Part shown: positions 49,950 to 61,900 of the stretch, in pieces
Position numbering within the stretch: the first letter of the stretch is position 1
How the letters are laid out: each line of letters opens with the position of its first letter
Source: Eledone cirrhosa
Taxonomy: Eukaryota
DNA: 64,000 bases
NCBI GenBank assembly: GCA_964016885.1
Contig: OZ024759.1
Span: 1,054,001 to 1,118,000, forward strand
Direction of reading: 5' to 3'
Program-made: the position numbers and the translations under genes
The notes under the pieces: model-generated
Seen by the model: the letters and a program-made list of their open reading frames with translations, nothing else
Told to the model about the DNA's origin: nothing
The model's database searches: none

Positions 49950-52900
49950 CTATATTAGTAGCATGGCAATGTCTATATTAGTAACATGACACAGTCTATA
50001 TTAGTAACAAGACATAGTCTATATTAGTAACATGACATAGTCTATATTAGTAGCATGACAAAGTCTATATTAGTAACATGACAAAGTCTATATTAGTAAC
50101 ATGACACAGTCTATATTAGTAACATGACACAGTCTATATTAGTAACATGACAAAGTCTATATTAGTAGCATGACAGAGTCTATATTAGTAACATGACACA
50201 GTCTATATTAGTAACATGACAAAGTCTATATTAGTAACGTGACAAAGTCTATATTAGTAACATGACAAAGTCTATATTAGTAACATGACTAAGTCTATAT
50301 TAGTAACATGACACAGTCTATATTAGTAACATGACAGTCTATATTAGTAGCATGACAAAGTCTATATTAGTAACATGACAAAGTCTATATTAGTAACATG
50401 ACACAGTCTATATTAGTAACATGACACAGTCTATATTAGTAACATGACAGTCTATATTAGTAACATGACAAAGTCTATATTAGTAACATGGCAAAGTCTA
50501 TGTTAGTAACATGACAAAGTCTATATTAGTAACATGACAGTCTATATTAGTAACATGACACATTCTATATTAGTAACATGACAAAGTCTATATTAGTAGC
50601 ATGACAAAGTCTATATTAGTAACATGACAGTCTATATTAGTAACATGCCAAAGTCTATATTAGTAGCATGACAAAGTCTATATTAGTAACATGACACAGT
50701 CTATATTAGTAACATGACACAGTCTATATTAGTAACATGACACAGTCTATATTAGTAGCATGACAAAGTCTATATTAGTAGCATGACAAAGTCTATATTA
50801 GTAACATGACAAAGTCTATATTAGTAACATGACAAAGTCTATATTAGTAACATGACACAGTGTATATTAGTAATATGACAGTCTATATTAGTAGCATGAC
50901 AAAGTCTATATTAGTAACATGACAAAGTCTATATTAGTAACATGACACAGTCTATATTAGTAACATGACACAGTCTATATTAGTAACATGACAAAGTCTA
51001 TATTAGTAACATGACACAGTCTATATTAGTAACATGACAAAGTCTATATTAGTAACATGACAAAGTCTATATTAGTAACATGACAGTCTATATTAGTAAC
51101 ATGACAAAGTCTATATTAGTAACATGACAAAGTCTCTATTAGTAACATGACAAAGCCTATATTAGTAACATGACAGTCTATATTAGTAACATGACAAAGT
51201 CTCTATTAGTAACATGACAAAGTCTATATTAGTAACATGACAGTCTATATTAGTAACATGACAACGTCTATATTAGTAACATGACAGTCTATATTGTAAC
51301 ATGACACAGTCTATATTAGTAACATGACACAGTCTATATTAGTAACATGACAGTCTATATTAGTAACATGACAAAGTCTATATTAGTAACATGACAAAGT
51401 CTATATTAGTAACATGACAAAGTCTATATTAGTAACATGACAAAGTCTATATTAGTAGCATGACACAGTCTATATTAGTAACATGACAAAGTCTATATTA
51501 GTAACATGACAAAGTCTATATTAGTAACATGACACAGTCTATATTAGTAACATGACACAGTCTATATTAGTAACATGACAAAGTCTATATTAGTAGCATG
51601 ACAAAGTCTATATTAGTAACATGACACAGTCTATATTAGTAACATGACAAAGTCTATATTAGTAGCATGACAAAGTCTATATTAGTAACATGACAAAGTC
51701 TATATTAGTAACATGACACAGTCTATATTAGTAACATGACAGTCTATATTAGTAAAATGACAGTCCATATTAGTAGCATGACAAAGTCTATATTAGTAAC
51801 ATGACAAAGTCTATATTAGTAACATGACACAGTCTATATTAGTAACATGACACAGTCTATATTAGTAACATCACACAGTCTATATTAGTAACATGACAAA
51901 GTCTATATTAGTAACATGGCAAAGTCTATATTAGTAACATGACAAAGTCTATATTAGTAACATGACAAGGCCTATATTAGTAATATGACACAGTCTATAT
52001 TAGTAACATGACAAAGTCTATATTAGTAACATGACAGTCTATATTAGTAACATGACAAAGTCTATATTAGTAACATGACAAAGTCTATATTAGTAACATA
52101 ACAGTCTATATTAGTAACATGACACAGTCTATATTAGTAACATGACAAAGTCTATATTAGTAACATGACACAGTCTATATTAGTAACATGACAAAGACTC
52201 TATTAGTAACATGACAAAGTCTATATTAGTAACATGACAGTCTATATTAGTAACATGACAAAATCTATATTAGTTACATGACAGTCTATATTAGTAACAT
52301 GACAAAGTCTATATTAGTAACATGACAGTCTATATTGTACCATGACACAGTCTATATTAGTAACATGACATAGTCTATATTAGTAACATGACAAAGTCTA
52401 TATTAGTAACATGACAGTCTATATTGTAACATGACACAGTCTATATTAGTAACATGACACAGTCTATATTAGTAACATGACAGTCTATATTAGTAACATG
52501 ACAAAGTCTATATTAGTAACATGACAGTCTATATTGTAATATGACACAGTCTATATTAGTAACATGACACAGTCTATATTAGTAACATGACAGTCTATAT
52601 TAGTAACATGACAAAGTCTATATTAGTAACATGACAAAGTCTATATTAGTAACATGACAAAGTCTATATTAGTAACATGACAAAGTCTATATTAGTAGCA
52701 TGACACAGTCTATATTAGTAACATGACAAAGTCTATATTAGTAACATGACAAAGTCTATATTAGTAACATGACACAGTCTATATTAGTAACATGACACAG
52801 TCTATATTAGTAACATGACAAAGTCTATATTAGTAGCATGACAAAGTCTATATTAGTAACATGACACAGTCTATATTAGTAACATGACAAAGTCTATATT

Positions 52901-55900
52901 AGTAGCATGACAAAGTCTATATTAGTAACATGACACAGTCTATATTAGTAACATGACAAAGTCTATATTAGTAGCATGACAAAGTCTATATTAGTAACAT
53001 GACAAAGTCTATATTAGTAACATGACACAGTCTATATTAGTAACATGACAGTCTATATTAGTAAAATGACAGTCCATATTAGTAGCATGACAAAGTCTAT
53101 ATTAGTAACATGACAAAGTCTATATTAGTAACATGACACAGTCTATATTAGTAACATGACACAGTCTATATTAGTAACATCACACAGTCTATATTAGTAA
53201 CATGACAAAGTCTATATTAGTAACATGGCAAAGTCTATATTAGTAACATGACAAAGTCTATATTAGTAACATGACAGTCTATATTAGTAACATGACAAAG
53301 TCTATATTAGTAACATGACAAAGTCTATATTAGTAACATGACAGTCTATATTAGTAACATGACACAGTCTATATTAGTAACATGACAAAGTCTATATTAG
53401 TAACATGACACAGTCTATATTAGTAACATGACACAGTCTATATTAGTAACATGACACAGTTTATATTAGTAACATGACAAAGTCTATATTAGTAACATGA
53501 CAAAGTCTATATTAGTAACATGGCAGTCTATATTAGTAACATGACAAAGTCTATATTAGTAACATGACACAGTGTATATTAGTAACATGACAAAGACTCT
53601 ATTAGTAACATGACAAAGTCTATATTAGTAACATGACAGTCTATATTAGTAACATGACAAAATCTATATTAGTAACATGACAGTCTATATTAGTAACATG
53701 ACAAAGTCTATATTAGTAACATGACAGTCTATATTGTACCATGACACAGTCTATATTAGTAACATGACATAGTCTATATTAGTAACATGACAAAGTCTAT
53801 ATTAGTAACATGACAGCCTATATTGTAACATGACACAGTCTATATTAGTAACATGACACAGTCTATATTAGTAACATGACAGTCTATATTAGTAACATGA
53901 CACAGTCTATATTAGTAACATGACACAGTCTATATTAGTAACATGACAGTCTATATTAGTAGCATGGCAATGTCTATATTAGTAACATGACACAGTCTAT
54001 ATTAGTAACAAGACATAGTCTATATTAGTAACATGACATAGTCTATATTAGTAGCATGACAAAGTCTATATTAGTAACATGACAAAGTCTATATTAGTAA
54101 CATGACACAGTCTATCTTAGTAACATGACAAAGTCTATATTAGTAACATGACACAGTCTATATTAGTAACATGACAAAGTCTATATTAGTAGCATGACAA
54201 AGTCTATATTAGTAACATGACACAGTCTATATTAGTAACATGACACAGTCTATATTAGTAACATGACAAAGTCTATATTAGTAACGTGACAAAGTCTATA
54301 TTAGTAACATGACAAAGTCTATATTAGTAACATGACACAGTCTATATTAGTAACATGACACAGTCTATATTAGTAACATGACAGTCTATATTAGTAACAT
54401 GACACAGTCTATATTAGTAACATGACACAGTCTATATTAGTAACATGACAGTCTATATTAGTAGCATGGCAATGTCTATATTAGTAACATGACACAGTCT
54501 ATATTAGTAACAAGACATAGTCTATATTAGTAACATGACATAGTCTATATTAGTAGCATGACAAAGTCTATATTAGTAACATGACAAAGTCTATATTAGT
54601 AACATGACACAGTCTATCTTAGTAACATGACAAAGTCTATATTAGTAACATGACACAGTCTATATTAGTAACATGACAAAGTCTATATTAGTAGCATGAC
54701 AGAGTCTATATTAGTAACATGACACAGTCTATATTAGTAACATGACAAAGTCTATATTAGTAACGTGACAAAGTCTATATTAGTAACATGACAAAGTCTA
54801 TATTAGTAACATGACTAAGTCTATATTAGTAACATGACACAGTCTATATTAGTAACATGACAGTCTATATTAGTAGCATGACAAAGTCTATATTAGTAAC
54901 ATGACAAAGTCTATATTAGTAACATGACACAGTCTATATTAGTAACATGACACAGTCTATATTAGTAACATGACAGTCTATATTAGTAACATGACAAAGT
55001 CTATATTAGTAACATGGCAAAGTCTATGTTAGTAACATGACAAAGTCTATATTAGTAACATGACAGTCTATATTAGTAACATGACACATTCTATATTAGT
55101 AACATGACAAAGTCTATATTAGTAGCATGACAAAGTCTATATTAGTAACATGACAGTCTATATTAGTAACATGCCAAAGTCTATATTAGTAGCATGACAA
55201 AGTCTATATTAGTAACATGACACAGTCTATATTAGTAACATGACACAGTCTATATTAGTAACATGACACAGTCTATATTAGTAGCATGACAAAGTCTATA
55301 TTAGTAGCATGACAAAGTCTATATTAGTAACATGACAAAGTCTATATTAGTAACATGACAAAGTCTATATTAGTAACATGACACAGTGTATATTAGTAAT
55401 ATGACAGTCTATATTAGTAGCATGACAAAGTCTATATTAGTAACATGACAAAGTCTATATTAGTAACATGACACAGTCTATATTAGTAACATGACACAGT
55501 CTATATTAGTAACATGACAAAGTCTATATTAGTAACATGACACAGTCTATATTAGTAACATGACAAAGTCTATATTAGTAACATGACAAAGTCTATATTA
55601 GTAACATGACAGTCTATATTAGTAACATGACAAAGTCTATATTAGTAACATGACAAAGTCTCTATTAGTAACATGACAAAGCCTATATTAGTAACATGAC
55701 AGTCTATATTAGTAACATGACAAAGTCTCTATTAGTAACATGACAAAGTCTATATTAGTAACATGACAGTCTATATTAGTAACATGACAACGTCTATATT
55801 AGTAACATGACAGTCTATATTGTAACATGACACAGTCTATATTAGTAACATGACACAGTCTATATTAGTAACATGACAGTCTATATTAGTAACATGACAA

Positions 55901-58900
55901 AGTCTATATTAGTAACATGACAAAGTCTATATTAGTAACATGACAAAGTCTATATTAGTAACATGACAAAGTCTATATTAGTAGCATGACACAGTCTATA
56001 TTAGTAACATGACAAAGTCTATATTAGTAACATGACAAAGTCTATATTAGTAACATGACACAGTCTATATTAGTAACATGACACAGTCTATATTAGTAAC
56101 ATGACAAAGTCTATATTAGTAGCATGACAAAGTCTATATTAGTAACATGACACAGTCTATATTAGTAACATGACAAAGTCTATATTAGTAGCATGACAAA
56201 GTCTATATTAGTAACATGACAAAGTCTATATTAGTAACATGACACAGTCTATATTAGTAACATGACAGTCTATATTAGTAAAATGACAGTCCATATTAGT
56301 AGCATGACAAAGTCTATATTAGTAACATGACAAAGTCTATATTAGTAACATGACACAGTCTATATTAGTAACATGACACAGTCTATATTAGTAACATCAC
56401 ACAGTCTATATTAGTAACATGACAAAGTCTATATTAGTAACATGGCAAAGTCTATATTAGTAACATGACAAAGTCTATATTAGTAACATGACAAGGCCTA
56501 TATTAGTAATATGACACAGTCTATATTAGTAACATGACAAAGTCTATATTAGTAACATGACAGTCTATATTAGTAACATGACAAAGTCTATATTAGTAAC
56601 ATGACAAAGTCTATATTAGTAACATAACAGTCTATATTAGTAACATGACACAGTCTATATTAGTAACATGACAAAGTCTATATTAGTAACATGACACAGT
56701 CTATATTAGTAACATGACAAAGACTCTATTAGTAACATGACAAAGTCTATATTAGTAACATGACAGTCTATATTAGTAACATGACAAAATCTATATTAGT
56801 TACATGACAGTCTATATTAGTAACATGACAAAGTCTATATTAGTAACATGACAGTCTATATTGTACCATGACACAGTCTATATTAGTAACATGACATAGT
56901 CTATATTAGTAACATGACAAAGTCTATATTAGTAACATGACAGTCTATATTGTAACATGACACAGTCTATATTAGTAACATGACACAGTCTATATTAGTA
57001 ACATGACAGTCTATATTAGTAACATGACAAAGTCTATATTAGTAACATGACAGTCTATATTGTAATATGACACAGTCTATATTAGTAACATGACACAGTC
57101 TATATTAGTAACATGACAGTCTATATTAGTAACATGACAAAGTCTATATTAGTAACATGACAAAGTCTATATTAGTAACATGACAAAGTCTATATTAGTA
57201 ACATGACAAAGTCTATATTAGTAGCATGACACAGTCTATATTAGTAACATGACAAAGTCTATATTAGTAACATGACAAAGTCTATATTAGTAACATGACA
57301 CAGTCTATATTAGTAACATGACACAGTCTATATTAGTAACATGACAAAGTCTATATTAGTAGCATGACAAAGTCTATATTAGTAACATGACACAGTCTAT
57401 ATTAGTAACATGACAAAGTCTATATTAGTAGCATGACAAAGTCTATATTAGTAACATGACACAGTCTATATTAGTAACATGACAAAGTCTATATTAGTAG
57501 CATGACAAAGTCTATATTAGTAACATGACAAAGTCTATATTAGTAACATGACACAGTCTATATTAGTAACATGACAGTCTATATTAGTAAAATGACAGTC
57601 CATATTAGTAGCATGACAAAGTCTATATTAGTAACATGACAAAGTCTATATTAGTAACATGACACAGTCTATATTAGTAACATGACACAGTCTATATTAG
57701 TAACATCACACAGTCTATATTAGTAACATGACAAAGTCTATATTAGTAACATGGCAAAGTCTATATTAGTAACATGACAAAGTCTATATTAGTAACATGA
57801 CAGTCTATATTAGTAACATGACAAAGTCTATATTAGTAACATGACAAAGTCTATATTAGTAACATGACAGTCTATATTAGTAACATGACACAGTCTATAT
57901 TAGTAACATGACAAAGTCTATATTAGTAACATGACACAGTCTATATTAGTAACATGACACAGTCTATATTAGTAACATGACACAGTTTATATTAGTAACA
58001 TGACAAAGTCTATATTAGTAACATGACAAAGTCTATATTAGTAACATGGCAGTCTATATTAGTAACATGACAAAGTCTATATTAGTAACATGACACAGTG
58101 TATATTAGTAACATGACAAAGACTCTATTAGTAACATGACAAAGTCTATATTAGTAACATGACAGTCTATATTAGTAACATGACAAAATCTATATTAGTA
58201 ACATGACAGTCTATATTAGTAACATGACAAAGTCTATATTAGTAACATGACAGTCTATATTGTACCATGACACAGTCTATATTAGTAACATGACATAGTC
58301 TATATTAGTAACATGACAAAGTCTATATTAGTAACATGACAGCCTATATTGTAACATGACACAGTCTATATTAGTAACATGACACAGTCTATATTAGTAA
58401 CATGACAGTCTATATTAGTAACATGACACAGTCTATATTAGTAACATGACACAGTCTATATTAGTAACATGACAGTCTATATTAGTAGCATGGCAATGTC
58501 TATATTAGTAACATGACACAGTCTATATTAGTAACAAGACATAGTCTATATTAGTAACATGACATAGTCTATATTAGTAGCATGACAAAGTCTATATTAG
58601 TAACATGACAAAGTCTATATTAGTAACATGACACAGTCTATCTTAGTAACATGACAAAGTCTATATTAGTAACATGACACAGTCTATATTAGTAACATGA
58701 CAAAGTCTATATTAGTAGCATGACAAAGTCTATATTAGTAACATGACACAGTCTATATTAGTAACATGACAAAGTCTATATTAGTAACGTGACAAAGTCT
58801 ATATTAGTAACATGACAAAGTCTATATTAGTAACATGACTAAGTCTATATTAGTAACATGACACAGTCTATATTAGTAACATGACAGTCTATATTAGTAG

Positions 58901-61900
58901 CATGACAAAGTCTATATTAGTAACATGACACAGTCTATATTAGTAACATGACACAGTCTATATTAGTAACATGACACAGTCTATATTAGTAACATGACAG
59001 TCTATATTAGTAACATGACAAAGTCTATATTAGTAACATGGCAAAGTCTATGTTAGTAACATGACAAAGTCTATATTAGTAACATGACGGTCTATATTAG
59101 TAACATGACACATTCTATATTAGTAACATGACAAAGTCTATATTAGTAGCATGACAAAGTCTATATTAGTAACATGACAGTCTATATTAGTAACATGCCA
59201 AAGTCTATATTAGTAGCATGACAAAGTCTATATTAGTAACATGACACAGTCTATATTAGTAACATGACACAGTCTATATTAGTAACATGACACAGTCTAT
59301 ATTAGTAGCATGACAAAGTCTATATTAGTAACATGACAAAGTCTATATTAGTAACATGACAAAGTCTATATTAGTAACATGACAAAGTCTATATTAGTAA
59401 CATGACACAGTGTATATTAGTAATATGACAGTCTATATTAGTAGCATGACAAAGTCTATATTAGTAACATGACAAAGTCTATATTAGTAACATGACACAG
59501 TCTATATTAGTAACATGACACAGTCTATATTAGTAACATGACAAAGTCTATATTAGTAACATGACACAGTCTATATTAGTAACATGACAAAGTCTATATT
59601 AGTAACATGACAAAGTCTATATTAGTAACATGACAGTCTATATTAGTAACATGACAAAGTCTATATTAGTAACATGACAAAGTCTCTATTAGTAACATGA
59701 CAAAGTCTATATTAGTAACATGACAAAGTCTCTATTAGTAACATGACAAAGTCTATATTAGTAACATGACAGTCTATATTAGTAACATGACAAAGTCTAT
59801 ATTAGTAACATGACAGTCTATATTGTAACATGACACAGTCTATATTAGTAACATGACACAGTTTATATTAGTAACATGACATAGTCTATATTAGTAACAT
59901 GACAAAGTCTATATTAGTAACATGACAGTCTATATTGTAACATGACACAGTCTATATTAGTAACATGACACAGTCTATATTAGTAACATGACAGTCTATA
60001 TTAGTAACATGACAAAGTCTATATTAGTAACATGACAAAGTCTATATTAGTAACATGACAAAGTCTATATTAGTAACATGACAAAGTCTATATTAGTAGC
60101 ATGACACAGTCTATATTAGTAACATGACAAAGTCTATATTAGTAACATGACAAAGTCTATATTAGTAACATGACACAGTCTATATTAGTAACATGACACA
60201 GTCTATATTAGTAACATGACAAAGTCTATATTAGTAGCATGACAAAGTCTATATTAGTAACATGACACAGTCTATATTAGTAACATGACAAAGTCTATAT
60301 TAGTAGCATGACAAAGTCTATATTAGTAACATGACAAAGTCTATATTAGTAACATGACACAGTCTATATTAGTAACATGACAGTCTATATTAGTAAAATG
60401 ACAGTCCATATTAGTAGCATGACAAAGTCTATATTAGTAACATGACAAAGTCTATATTAGTAACATGACACAGTCTATATTAGTAACATGACACAGTCTA
60501 TATTAGTAACATCACACAGTCTATATTAGTAACATGACAAAGTCTATATTAGTAACATGGCAAAGTCTATATTAGTAACATGACAAAGTCTATATTAGTA
60601 ACATGACAAGGCCTATATTAGTAATATGACACAGTCTATATTAGTAACATGACAAAGTCTATATTAGTAACATGACAGTCTATATTAGTAACATGACAAA
60701 GTCTATATTAGTAACATGACAAAGTCTATATTAGTAACATAACAGTCTATATTAGTAACATGACACAGTCTATATTAGTAACATGACAAAGTCTATATTA
60801 GTAACATGACACAGTCTATATTAGTAACATGACAAAGACTCTATTAGTAACATGACAAAGTCTATATTAGTAACATGACAGTCTATATTAGTAACATGAC
60901 AAAATCTATATTAGTTACATGACAGTCTATATTAGTAACATGACAAAGTCTATATTAGTAACATGACAGTCTATATTGTACCATGACACAGTCTATATTA
61001 GTAACATGACATAGTCTATATTAGTAACATGACAAAGTCTATATTAGTAACATGACAGTCTATATTGTAACATGACACAGTCTATATTAGTAACATGACA
61101 CAGTCTATATTAGTAACATGACAGTCTATATTAGTAACATGACAAAGTCTATATTAGTAACATGACAGTCTATATTGTAATATGACACAGTCTATATTAG
61201 TAACATGACACAGTCTATATTAGTAACATGACAGTCTATATTAGTAACATGACAAAGTCTATATTAGTAACATGACAAAGTCTATATTAGTAACATGACA
61301 AAGTCTATATTAGTAACATGACAAAGTCTATATTAGTAGCATGACACAGTCTATATTAGTAACATGACAAAGTCTATATTAGTAACATGACAAAGTCTAT
61401 ATTAGTAACATGACACAGTCTATATTAGTAACATGACACAGTCTATATTAGTAACATGACAAAGTCTATATTAGTAGCATGACAAAGTCTATATTAGTAA
61501 CATGACACAGTCTATATTAGTAACATGACAAAGTCTATATTAGTAGCATGACAAAGTCTATATTAGTAACATGACACAGTCTATATTAGTAACATGACAA
61601 AGTCTATATTAGTAGCATGACAAAGTCTATATTAGTAACATGACAAAGTCTATATTAGTAACATGACACAGTCTATATTAGTAACATGACAGTCTATATT
61701 AGTAAAATGACAGTCCATATTAGTAGCATGACAAAGTCTATATTAGTAACATGACAAAGTCTATATTAGTAACATGACACAGTCTATATTAGTAACATGA
61801 CACAGTCTATATTAGTAACATCACACAGTCTATATTAGTAACATGACAAAGTCTATATTAGTAACATGGCAAAGTCTATATTAGTAACATGACAAAGTCT

